From the NCBI GenBank assembly GCA_037138135.1, contig JBAXIY010000003.1, positions 1 through 47,657 of the forward strand: a DNA stretch of 47,657 nt, written 5' to 3'. Positions 8,598 to 17,373 of this stretch are shown here, piece after piece (within the stretch, counting starts at the first letter, position 1; each line of letters begins with the position of its first letter). The stretch is from Verrucomicrobiia bacterium (GTDB taxonomy: Bacteria; Verrucomicrobiota; Verrucomicrobiia; Limisphaerales; UBA11358). The notes beneath the pieces were generated by a model. That model saw only the letters and a program-made list of their open reading frames with translations. It did not search any database and was not told where the DNA came from. Both the position numbers and the translations under genes were made by a program.

Positions 8598-10616
8598 CTA
8601 GAAAGTTCTTTTCAGGTAAACGTAAAGGCGACTGGTGTCAAACTCCTGATCGGGCTGACCGGGCGTGGTCGTGCTCTGGCCGTTGTATTCGTAACCGGCG
8701 CGGACGCTTAACTTGCCGCGCGTCCACGTCATGCCCGTCCGGCCTGAGCTAAGATATTGTTTGGTGCCTAACACGTCTTGAATGTTATAGCCGCCTTCCA
8801 CAAACCACGAGAGCGAAGACAGAAACTGAATGCTGTAGCGGCTGAGAAATTGATATTGGTTCTGGCTGCCGCTATCGGGATACGTATAGGAGGATTGATT
8901 CAACGTCACGCTGAAGGTCGAAGTGTCCGACGGCTGACAATTGAACATCTGAAATAAGCGCCAGGCCTGATACGCGGTGAAATTCGAATTGTAATCTTCA
9001 TATTCCGCCCCAGCGCGAAACCAGTGCCAGCCGTAATCCACGCCGCCTACCCAGTCAGTGAGTGTTTGCGTCTGCACCTGCGGCGGCGCATTGTTATCCA
9101 GCCAATTCAGCCGACCATAGATGCCAAACTTGTTGAATATATCCAGGCGAATTTGGGCGGTGGCGTTGAGCGAGTCGAATGAAGCGGTGTAGAGCGAATC
9201 GCTTTCGTAAGTCACCTTCACCACATCGCCGCTGTGCAAAATGGTGCTGGTGGGCACCAGCAAAATCTGCGTCAAGTCCCCGACCTGCACGAGTTGGTAA
9301 TCCACATTCAATTGGGTCGGTATACCGCCGGGACCTTTCACGACCACGGAGGACAAAATCACATTCGGATGATCGAGAAATGTCGGCGGACCGACCAGAT
9401 TCAACTGATGCGGTTCATCAATGGTGGTGAGGACATCGCCGTAGGAATTTTGATCCTGATGATCGGCGATGGCACCAGCCCCGATGGTCAACCGCCCCCA
9501 AGTCCCAAGTTTTTTGGTGTAATTTTCCGACACGCCAAAACCATAGCGGTCGTAGGTCGAGGAACTCCCCCCACCCGAATAATCTTGGTAGTTGCCGTGC
9601 ACATCCACTTGGGAAGTGAGGCTCTCATAGAGATGATGCCGGATGCCGCTAACGCCCTGCACCGTCGAATCCGTGACCGGATGCAATTGGTTGTGGCTGT
9701 AATCCACCGAATAAAAACTATCGAGATTAGGCGTGTGGGTGACGTTAACATTCTCGTTGGCGGTGACGGTCTGTAACTGTTGTCCCGAGTAATCCGACTC
9801 ACTGAAGCTGGCCCCGGTGGTGGCAACAATCTGCTTGTGCGCCCCAAAAGTTTCCGAATCCGAAATGCCGACCGACTGATTCAGGCTGGACGAGGTAGAA
9901 CCGACTTTGTTCGTCGTGTTGTAACTGTTGTTGACCGTGTTTTCAAATTGGTTGATGTGGTAAGTCAACGATGTCTGGCCGGATTGCCGGTGGTCGGCGC
10001 CAAAGAAATTGAAATACGTTTCCGAAACCTCCGTGAAATCGTTCAAGCCCGTGTCTTGCTCGTTCCGATACCCCGCGTCCGCCGTCATGGTCACCCGCTC
10101 ACTGTTGTAATTGACCACGCCGCCATAGCGCAGGCTGTCCACCGTGAAGGTATTGAACGAACCGTAGTCGCTATAAGTATGGTCTTGCGTCGCGAAGAAA
10201 GAAGCGTTGTAAGGTTTGGCCGAAAGAAAATTGAGTTGCGCCAGATACCGCATCAATTGCTGGCTGTCCTTGGTAGTCTGCGTATAACCCGGCCCCGTGG
10301 AAGACGATTGATTCCACCCCCACCCGATGTCACCACCCAAGTCAAACGTGACCAGATTTGGGTGATAAACATAACCCTGAGTCTGTAGTCCAACCAGCGG
10401 CGTCAGTGAAAGCTGATTGTAGGTGGAAGTTACGCCGTTATTGCGCGTGGTCTGGTGCGTGCCCTGCACTTCCATGCCAACACTCGCTTGCGGCGGACGC
10501 ATCAACTGGAACCAGCCCAATTCTTGCGACCGTCCCGTCCGCGCCAATCCCAGTGCGATGCCCACACCCAACAGGCGGGTGAACCAGCGACTGTGATGAT
10601 CTCCGGAAAAATTCAT
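8598..10616 (-). CDS. outer-membrane beta-barrel porin of a porin-cytochrome complex
   Basis: Signal peptide; Y/N/S/T/G-rich alternating amphipathic strands; C-terminal RLYVYLKRTF ending in Phe; flanked by multiheme cytochromes. Confidence 0.8.
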   Translation of the reverse strand: MNFSGDHHSRWFTRLLGVGIALGLARTGRSQELGWFQLMRPPQASVGMEVQGTHQTTRNNGVTSTYNQLSLTPLVGLQTQGYVYHPNLVTFDLGGDIGWGWNQSSSTGPGYTQTTKDSQQLMRYLAQLNFLSAKPYNASFFATQDHTYSDYGSFNTFTVDSLRYGGVVNYNSERVTMTADAGYRNEQDTGLNDFTEVSETYFNFFGADHRQSGQTSLTYHINQFENTVNNSYNTTNKVGSTSSSLNQSVGISDSETFGAHKQIVATTGASFSESDYSGQQLQTVTANENVNVTHTPNLDSFYSVDYSHNQLHPVTDSTVQGVSGIRHHLYESLTSQVDVHGNYQDYSGGGSSSTYDRYGFGVSENYTKKLGTWGRLTIGAGAIADHQDQNSYGDVLTTIDEPHQLNLVGPPTFLDHPNVILSSVVVKGPGGIPTQLNVDYQLVQVGDLTQILLVPTSTILHSGDVVKVTYESDSLYTASFDSLNATAQIRLDIFNKFGIYGRLNWLDNNAPPQVQTQTLTDWVGGVDYGWHWFRAGAEYEDYNSNFTAYQAWRLFQMFNCQPSDTSTFSVTLNQSSYTYPDSGSQNQYQFLSRYSIQFLSSLSWFVEGGYNIQDVLGTKQYLSSGRTGMTWTRGKLSVRAGYEYNGQSTTTPGQPDQEFDTSRLYVYLKRTF

Positions 10617-11983
10617 GGGCCAACCGCCGCCACCTTTCCGGCCGCCGGATTCAGCGCGCTGGCTTTAAGCAGCGATTTGTTATTCCCAACGTGCGGATCG
10701 TGACAGAGGGTGCAGGTCTTGCCCGCCGCCCCAGCGTGGCCTTTGACCGCTTGTAAATCCTTGTCGTCATGGCAATCGCCGCACAGCTTCAAAATATTTT
10801 TGGCCAGTAAGCCAGTCTCCGTTGATTGATGCGGTTTGTGGCAACCGGTGCAATCTTCAACCACGTCGTGCTTGAATTTGGCCTTCTCCAAAAAGTTGTC
10901 GTGGCAATCCCAACACAGCGCCGGTGCGGATTTTTTCACGAGCGCCTTTTTGTCCGTTGCGTGGGGGTTATGGCAGGCCAGACAATCGCCATCGCCCACG
11001 GGTTGATGCACCACCTTGGCGTTCTTGGCCTGAATGTCATCGTGACAATCCGCGCAAGTGTCCTTCACTGTTTTCTTCAACAGCCCTTTTATTTGGGTGG
11101 CGTGCGGATTGTGACACGCCAGACAATCGCCATCACCAACGGGCTGATGCACAAACTTTTTCTTAGCAATCAGGTCGTCGTGACAGGCGGCGCACGTTGC
11201 TTTCACCGGCTTTTTTAGGAGCTTCGGAATTTTCCCGGCGTGCGGCGTGTGACATTCCAGACAATCACCATCGCCGACCGGTTGATGCACAAATTTTTTC
11301 TTGGCCGTGAGATCGTCATGGCAATCAGCGCAGGTTTCTTTCACGGATTTTTTCAACAACCCTTTGAAATTGGTCGCGTGTGGCGCATGGCAATCCAGAC
11401 AATCACCAGATTCCACCGCCTGATGCTTGACCTTGCCGGCCGCCAGCGGATCGTCGTGACAAGTGAGGCACAGCGCATTGCCCGGAGTCAGCAGTAATTT
11501 TTTGTTGAACGATTGATGCGGCGCATGGCAGCTCTTGCAATCACCCTCCTCCACCGGCGGATGTTTGACTTTGCTAGCGACAAATTTTTTCTGCAGTTCC
11601 TGATGGCAGGCAAAACACGCTTCGCCCGGCTTGCCCTTCATCGTCTGGGAAAACGCCGATTCATGGCACGCCGTGCAATCGCGCTTCGCGTAAGGCGGAT
11701 GCACGATGAGCGGCGGGCGCGCCGGCGCCGCCGGCGTCGTCACTGTGACTTGGCCGGTGGCATTGGTGGTCGAAACGGGCGTCACCGCCGTGGTCGCTAC
11801 CGCATTCGTCGCGCCCGGTTGCGGCACGCCATCGAAGAAAAATGTCAGCCACTTCTGTTTGGTTTCCGTGGCGCAGCCCGCCAGAATCACCAGACCGCAC
11901 AGCAACCCAGCCAGTCCACTGCCAGTGCGACAGCGGCGGCGAAAATCAGTTTTTCCCAGAGGCGATTTCATGTGGTCGATCAA
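10613..11983 (-). CDS. 15-heme c-type cytochrome lipoprotein (doubled-CxxCH repeats)
   Basis: Lipobox ILAGC; 15 CxxCH motifs in H.PV..GDC..CH.PH...LLK....C..CH repeats. Confidence 0.93.
   Translation of the reverse strand: MIDHMKSPLGKTDFRRRCRTGSGLAGLLCGLVILAGCATETKQKWLTFFFDGVPQPGATNAVATTAVTPVSTTNATGQVTVTTPAAPARPPLIVHPPYAKRDCTACHESAFSQTMKGKPGEACFACHQELQKKFVASKVKHPPVEEGDCKSCHAPHQSFNKKLLLTPGNALCLTCHDDPLAAGKVKHQAVESGDCLDCHAPHATNFKGLLKKSVKETCADCHDDLTAKKKFVHQPVGDGDCLECHTPHAGKIPKLLKKPVKATCAACHDDLIAKKKFVHQPVGDGDCLACHNPHATQIKGLLKKTVKDTCADCHDDIQAKNAKVVHQPVGDGDCLACHNPHATDKKALVKKSAPALCWDCHDNFLEKAKFKHDVVEDCTGCHKPHQSTETGLLAKNILKLCGDCHDDKDLQAVKGHAGAAGKTCTLCHDPHVGNNKSLLKASALNPAAGKVAAVGP
10920..11470 (-). 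repeat. intragenic tandem repeats of a ~46-aa diheme unit
   Basis: GACAATC anchor recurs at 10981, 11122, 11260 and 11398 (periods 141, 138, 138 bp); HQPVGDGDCL appears three times. Confidence 0.9.
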
Positions 11984-12005
11984 TTCACCATGACGACGAT
12001 GCGGT

Positions 12006-13085
12006 TCAGTTCTTTTTCAAGAAACCATAGACGCTGACTTTCTGGCCGCCATACTGGCTGGTGACGAGAATGAGGTATTCGCATTGATAGCCGGGGGCGA
12101 CATACTTCTGAAAATAGCTGAGGTTGTCGTAATCCACTTTCACGGCCGCCGGTAAAATCACTTCGCCCTGCGTGCTGGCACCCGCCTGACCAAAGAACAG
12201 CAGCAACCGGCCCTCCGTATCAAAAATCTGCACGACCTGCGTGGCCGCATCCACGACATAAGCTAGTCCTTGACGATCCACCGCCACGCCCTTTGGACGC
12301 GCAAAGAGGCCCGCCGCCACGCCCTGACGACCAATCGTCCGCAAATATTTTCCCTCCAGATCAAACACCTGCACCACGTTGGCGCCGGTATCGGACACCA
12401 ACAACCGATTGCCTGCTTTATCAATCGCCAGATTCGTGGGACCGAACAGTCTGCCTTCATTCGTATTGCCGGTGCGCGGAATCGTGAACAGAAGTTGATG
12501 ACTCGTCTTGCCATAAACCCGCACGGCATGACCACTAAGATCGGTGACGTAAAGCCGGTCCGCCGTAAGCGCGACATCCGACGGCTTCAGTTCATCCTTC
12601 TTCCCGATGGCCTCAATAAAAGTTCCATCTTTCCCAAAAATCAAAACCTGCTGGCGGCCAGTGTCCGCCACATAACGCGTGCCGTCCTGATCAATGGTGA
12701 TGTTGATGGGCAACCGCAATTTGCCTTCACCTTGCGGTTCAAATATAGCGGCTCGGCGCGTTTGCAAGTCAAACACCTGGATCAAGCTGCCCACCGTTTC
12801 GCAAACAAAGATTTTCCCGTCATGAAAAGCCAGTCCATAAGGTTTCACCAGCGGGTTGAGCATCTTTTGATCGCCTGTGATAAAATCGGCAAACCCATGA
12901 GACCGTCCGAGGTTGGCCTCCGCTGCGAAAGCGGTCAGGAATTGAATGCGCGGCTCGTCCGGCTTGGGTGGGAAAAAAGTGTAAGTCTTGGGAGCTTTGG
13001 GGGCGGTGGTGCAACCATTCAGCAGCGCCAATAACAGGCAGACGTTGCCCAGCGCCTTGATGTGCGATTTAGTTTTGGTGTTCAT
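12006..13085 (-). CDS. NHL-repeat beta-propeller lipoprotein
   Basis: Likely start ATG 13085 (MNTKTK); lipobox LLNGC; FFPPKPDEPRIQFL motif; NHL blades. Confidence 0.9.
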   Translation of the reverse strand: MNTKTKSHIKALGNVCLLLALLNGCTTAPKAPKTYTFFPPKPDEPRIQFLTAFAAEANLGRSHGFADFITGDQKMLNPLVKPYGLAFHDGKIFVCETVGSLIQVFDLQTRRAAIFEPQGEGKLRLPINITIDQDGTRYVADTGRQQVLIFGKDGTFIEAIGKKDELKPSDVALTADRLYVTDLSGHAVRVYGKTSHQLLFTIPRTGNTNEGRLFGPTNLAIDKAGNRLLVSDTGANVVQVFDLEGKYLRTIGRQGVAAGLFARPKGVAVDRQGLAYVVDAATQVVQIFDTEGRLLLFFGQAGASTQGEVILPAAVKVDYDNLSYFQKYVAPGYQCEYLILVTSQYGGQKVSVYGFLKKN

Positions 13086-13242
13086 AGTGAAATTGCTTTT
13101 AAGCTTTACCAATATTTTACCCCGGCAAACCAATCCGACTCACCATAAATTGTCCAAGCCATACCAATTTCTGACCACGCATCCCTGCGGCTAGAAATTC
13201 ATCGCCAACATCGAAGATTTACTCGTTCATACCACCAACTTG

Positions 13243-13281
13243 AAAAAGCGGGCTTTGGTCATATTTTCGACCAAAGCCCGC
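13243..13281 (-). terminator. intrinsic terminator after the PKD cytochrome gene
   Basis: Perfect 13-bp stem GCGGGCTTTGGTC (13248-13260) / GACCAAAGCCCGC (13269-13281), followed by UUUUU on the minus strand. Confidence 0.88.
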
Positions 13282-13307
13282 CTGAATTCAGAACTTAAGG
13301 CGATCCA

Positions 13308-16300
13308 TTATGGAGTCACGATAATGTAGTTAGTGCGCGTCAACGTGTTCGTTACGCCAAGGTTAATCGCCTTGAGCGTGACCGTATTAGTGCCAGCACT
13401 GAGGTAGGTGTTGGCCACATACCGGTTAGTGGAAGTGTTGCCGTCACCAAAGCTCCAAGCATAAGCCGTCGCATTAGAACTAAGATTGTCAAACACCACC
13501 GTCAACGGCGCCTTGCCGCCCGTGATTTCGCCGATGAAGGACGCCACCGGAGCCGCTTTCGCGACGACGTAGCTGGTGCGGGCCAACTGGTAGGTCACCC
13601 CGTTATAAACCCCCGAGAGCGTCACCGTATAGGTGCCGGCGTTGGTGTAGTTATTGACCGGATTGGTGTTCGTGGACGTTTGGCCATCACCAAAGTTCCA
13701 GAGGAGGTTGGACATGCCAGCACTCTTGTTGGTGAAGGAAACCGCCATTGGCACCACACCCAACGTGACACCGTTGGTGAAGTTTAGCCCGCCAACAGTG
13801 ACGTAATTATTGCTGCTCACCGATATGCTACCACTTCCAGACATATTGGCCCTCAAAGATGGCGAATATACACCGGGAATGGTGTAAGTATAGCTGACTG
13901 GCAACGTATCCGTCGTTTCCAAGCGGTCAGACGAGAACGTCCAGCGCCACCAATCAACACTGCCCGTATTGACGCTCTTGTTGGTGAAGTTCACCGTCAA
14001 CGGTGCCAGACCAGCCGTCACATCGGCGTTGAAGCTTACGGTCGAGAAGTCCCGGACTTTAATGTAAGACGAACGCGTCATTGTGCTCCCCGTAGCCGTG
14101 TCGGTATAACTCACGTCATACAGACCGGCGGCACTATAGGCATAGGTCACATAATTCAGAGCTTGGGTAACAATCGTGCCCGGGCCACCGAAGTTCCATG
14201 TGCCACCCGTCGTGGCGCTGAGGTTAGTGAACGTGACATTCGTTCCGACATAAGTCGTGATAAGCGCAGCATAAGTGACTGGATAGACCGAGAAGCTGGC
14301 TTTGTAGGCAGGAGCGGCAGTCATCTGCCCCACCACTAGAGCCTCGGCATTGGTCAACATGGTCTTGGTAAAGGTGGGATTATGCACCCCATAGCTACCA
14401 TCATGAGCAACCATGTAGATATTGAACCGAGCCTTGCGAATGGCGTCCGGAATCACCAACTGCATATTGTCGTTGGTTCCAGTCGGCACTCCGCCGGTCA
14501 ACTTGGGATTAAAAGCCGAAGGCGGACCTGCAACAGCCGCGCCGCTGGGATTGCCCAATTCACCCGGCGTGGTGTATTCCCAAGCCATCGAACCATAGTT
14601 CGTCCGCAGGATGTCCGGAGCCAGTCCGGGCGTAATTGCCCATTGATTCAAAAGCGACACCACGCGGGCGATGCTATTCGATTCCTGATACTGGAGATCC
14701 TCGATTTTTCCAAAGAACGCCTCGTCAGTCAGACCTGAATGGCACTGCACGCAGTTCTGGAAGTCCACTTCATAGGTGTGGCCGGTGACTTTGGTCGTGG
14801 CATTCACGTCATAAATCGGCACGTGGCAAGTAGCGCATTGATTCGTGTTGCCAGTGGAACCGTGAGCGTGAATGGTGGCCGTCAGGTAATAATTCGTGTC
14901 AGGTTTACCAACCAGAATATTGTATTGCGGCGAAAAATGCGGTGAGCGGCCATAGCCGGAGCTATTGGTGCTGTAATTGGTCACTCCGCCGACGACATAA
15001 GGAATCAGCGGCGACATCAACTTAATTCCCGAAACATTGTTCGTCGAAGTAACGACGTTCGTGGCTAATACTGTTTCCCAGGGCGTGTTTGGATCGGGCG
15101 TCACGCTAACCACATTGGTCGCCGTGCTAATCACTGCGTTGGTGACCAAGGTATAGGCCTGACCATCCCAACTAGCGCCACGGGAATTGTGACATTGACC
15201 GCAGACCTGAATTTTCGCGTTATACGTGCTGTCGAACGTGGTGTTGTTGTAAACGGTGTTGGTGGTAAAAGCTCCTAACGCATTGGTCGAGCGCAACGTT
15301 CCCAGATAGGAATCCGTTGTCGTCGGCATGGTATAGAAGTTGGTGGACCAAGTGGTGTAACGCAACTGCGCGATGTTATTCGTGGAGTGCGGATCATGGC
15401 AGGTCGCACAGACAGCAGTCCAAGCCGCGCCATCATTGGGTGCCGCAAAGTTAATTGGATGATGCGGCTGGCCGGAAAGCGCGTCATTATATTCGCTCAA
15501 CATCGCGTAGCGTGTGGCCGCCGAATGGCAGACGCCGCACTGGGCCGCGCGGGATTGGCCGGGATCAACTGCCGAGCCGGGCACGAAGCCGCTGTTCAGA
15601 ATACCGGACGTGGCATTAGTCACGCCAATGACATTGGTATTGCCCGCAGTGGTGATGACCACGTTGGTATAACCCGAGTAAACAATTTTATTGGTCACAT
15701 CGGTGGCGCCGGCGATTACGGTCAAATTGGTCACCGCGTAGCCATAATAAACCTTGGTTCCAATGATCACCGTGTTGGTGAAGTAGTTGGTAAAGGCGGC
15801 GTTTCCATACTTGATGTCCGCATTCACTTGGGCATGCAGACTTTCCGCATATTCAGTATAGGTGGGATGGTGGCTATCCTGATGGCAACTACCGCAGATT
15901 TTTGGATCAATGGTGATCGCCGGACGAATCAGGGCATGATCGCTGTTCTTGTGCCAGCCCGCCGGGCCATGGCAGCTTTCGCAGCCGACGTTGGCTAGTT
16001 GCGGCGTGGTCGAACTAGAAGTGAAACCGGTCGGCTGATTCATGCCCACCGAGTGACACTGCACACAGCTGGCGTTATTGCCCATGCCGATGGCTTGAAG
16101 CGTCGCCAGTGCGCTGGCGTGGTGGGTGCCCGCATAATTGGTGTAAATATTTCCGTGGCAGCCGGCACAATCACCGGAACCGGCATAAAAATTCGTCTGG
16201 TTCAGGCGAAAATACCAGTTGTTACCAGATTCTGGTCGCGCCGCTGTGACCGACCAAGCATAGTCGGTTGCTTCAGTGCTGACGAACGGAAACCAGTTAA

Positions 16301-16565
16301 CCAGATTGGTCGTGGCTTCAACAGTGCTCCAGCCGCGCATACCATACCAGGAAAACGTCACGTTATTGGTGCCGTAGTCTGGGACAATCGTCGTCTGTCC
16401 CGGCACGCCACGGGTGCCGTTTGTAGCTTCATTCTCCACCGGAATAGAGGCCGGCCAGCGATACATGTCCGCGCGCGCAGTGGACGCAAACATCCCGCCC
16501 AGAGCCAACCCAGCCGTCAAGACGGCCAAAGCGTGGCGCAGGGAGGTTTGATAGATTTTTTTCAT
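13308..16565 (-). CDS. 9-heme extracellular/surface cytochrome c with four C-terminal PKD domains
   Basis: Signal peptide (..TARA); CAGCH, CVQCH, CESCH, CGSCH, CGVCH, CATCH, CGQCH, CATCH, CVQCH; ARFNIYMVAHDGSYGVHNP helical end; PKD motifs (APLTVNF..WNFGDG..Y..AGTYTVTL). Confidence 0.9.
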   Translation of the reverse strand: MKKIYQTSLRHALAVLTAGLALGGMFASTARADMYRWPASIPVENEATNGTRGVPGQTTIVPDYGTNNVTFSWYGMRGWSTVEATTNLVNWFPFVSTEATDYAWSVTAARPESGNNWYFRLNQTNFYAGSGDCAGCHGNIYTNYAGTHHASALATLQAIGMGNNASCVQCHSVGMNQPTGFTSSSTTPQLANVGCESCHGPAGWHKNSDHALIRPAITIDPKICGSCHQDSHHPTYTEYAESLHAQVNADIKYGNAAFTNYFTNTVIIGTKVYYGYAVTNLTVIAGATDVTNKIVYSGYTNVVITTAGNTNVIGVTNATSGILNSGFVPGSAVDPGQSRAAQCGVCHSAATRYAMLSEYNDALSGQPHHPINFAAPNDGAAWTAVCATCHDPHSTNNIAQLRYTTWSTNFYTMPTTTDSYLGTLRSTNALGAFTTNTVYNNTTFDSTYNAKIQVCGQCHNSRGASWDGQAYTLVTNAVISTATNVVSVTPDPNTPWETVLATNVVTSTNNVSGIKLMSPLIPYVVGGVTNYSTNSSGYGRSPHFSPQYNILVGKPDTNYYLTATIHAHGSTGNTNQCATCHVPIYDVNATTKVTGHTYEVDFQNCVQCHSGLTDEAFFGKIEDLQYQESNSIARVVSLLNQWAITPGLAPDILRTNYGSMAWEYTTPGELGNPSGAAVAGPPSAFNPKLTGGVPTGTNDNMQLVIPDAIRKARFNIYMVAHDGSYGVHNPTFTKTMLTNAEALVVGQMTAAPAYKASFSVYPVTYAALITTYVGTNVTFTNLSATTGGTWNFGGPGTIVTQALNYVTYAYSAAGLYDVSYTDTATGSTMTRSSYIKVRDFSTVSFNADVTAGLAPLTVNFTNKSVNTGSVDWWRWTFSSDRLETTDTLPVSYTYTIPGVYSPSLRANMSGSGSISVSSNNYVTVGGLNFTNGVTLGVVPMAVSFTNKSAGMSNLLWNFGDGQTSTNTNPVNNYTNAGTYTVTLSGVYNGVTYQLARTSYVVAKAAPVASFIGEITGGKAPLTVVFDNLSSNATAYAWSFGDGNTSTNRYVANTYLSAGTNTVTLKAINLGVTNTLTRTNYIIVTP

Positions 16566-16620
16566 AAGTTTTTTAGTGGTTTGGTTTCGTGGCGGTCAGA
16601 CCGCATTAAAACCTACGGGT

Positions 16621-17373
16621 TTACTTATTGTGGCAACTGCGGCAGAGCAAACTGCCCACACCGCCCTGCGTGCCGTTAATTTTGACCAGCTTGGGATTGC
16701 TGTTGATGTCAAACGGTGTGCCTTCCTGATTGTGAACGTCATGGCAGGAACTGCATTCCAACGCGTGATTGGCACCGAGCAAAAATCCTTTGATGGTCAT
16801 GTCATTACCCGGAACGAAGGTGCCGTTATCGGGCGTCAGCACCGTCCGCGTGTCGGGGTTATACAACCATTTGTCCTGATTAGGTCCCGCGCCGACGATG
16901 GAAGCATCGTAGGTCAGAGAAATCGGATGCGAGTGGGTCAAGTCCGTGCCCAGATTGGCGCTGTTCGTAATCGTGATGCCTACCCCGCCGACGGTGACAC
17001 CGCCATAAGTATTGATGGCCACTGTGCCGTCATGGCAGCTCAAGCAAGCCTTGGAAGGGCCGTTTGGTTGGGCGGCAATGGTCGCCTGTAGCGAAGTGGC
17101 CGTATCTCCGAGCGCGGTGACGTTGGCCGTATTATACATCTTGAAGGTAGAAGCCGTGGTGGCGTGCGACCAAAGCGGAATCACGCTGCTATCGGCATGG
17201 TGAGGCGTATGGCAAGCGCTACAAACGCTCTTGGGATCTGCCGGATCGTTGTTCCAGCTGCTGCCAGCCGGGCCGGAAAAATCATGTGGACTACCGACGA
17301 CGCTCGCCCGAGCGGTGAGGGTTAACAGTGTGCCCGTAAGCACAGTCAGAGTGATGAGGTTGAGTGTTTTCAT
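16621..17373 (-). CDS. omcE: tetraheme cytochrome c, OmcE-like (candidate cytochrome nanowire subunit)
   Basis: 250 aa with signal peptide. Motif order PHDFS / CSACHTPH..IPLW..TASTFKMY / CLSCHDG / ANLGTDL..HP / LECSSCHDVH / GSLLCRSCH.K matches the Geobacter OmcE sequence as I recall it. Confidence 0.82.
   Translation of the reverse strand: MKTLNLITLTVLTGTLLTLTARASVVGSPHDFSGPAGSSWNNDPADPKSVCSACHTPHHADSSVIPLWSHATTASTFKMYNTANVTALGDTATSLQATIAAQPNGPSKACLSCHDGTVAINTYGGVTVGGVGITITNSANLGTDLTHSHPISLTYDASIVGAGPNQDKWLYNPDTRTVLTPDNGTFVPGNDMTIKGFLLGANHALECSSCHDVHNQEGTPFDINSNPKLVKINGTQGGVGSLLCRSCHNK

Noticed and set aside
10920-11470. Regularly spaced DNA repeats as a possible CRISPR array
   Set aside because: The period is 138-141 bp, in frame within a cytochrome; there are no unique spacers and no cas genes.
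13308-16565. NrfA-type nitrite reductase
   Set aside because: There is no CxxCK active-site heme, and the PKD domains and gene context point to extracellular electron transfer.
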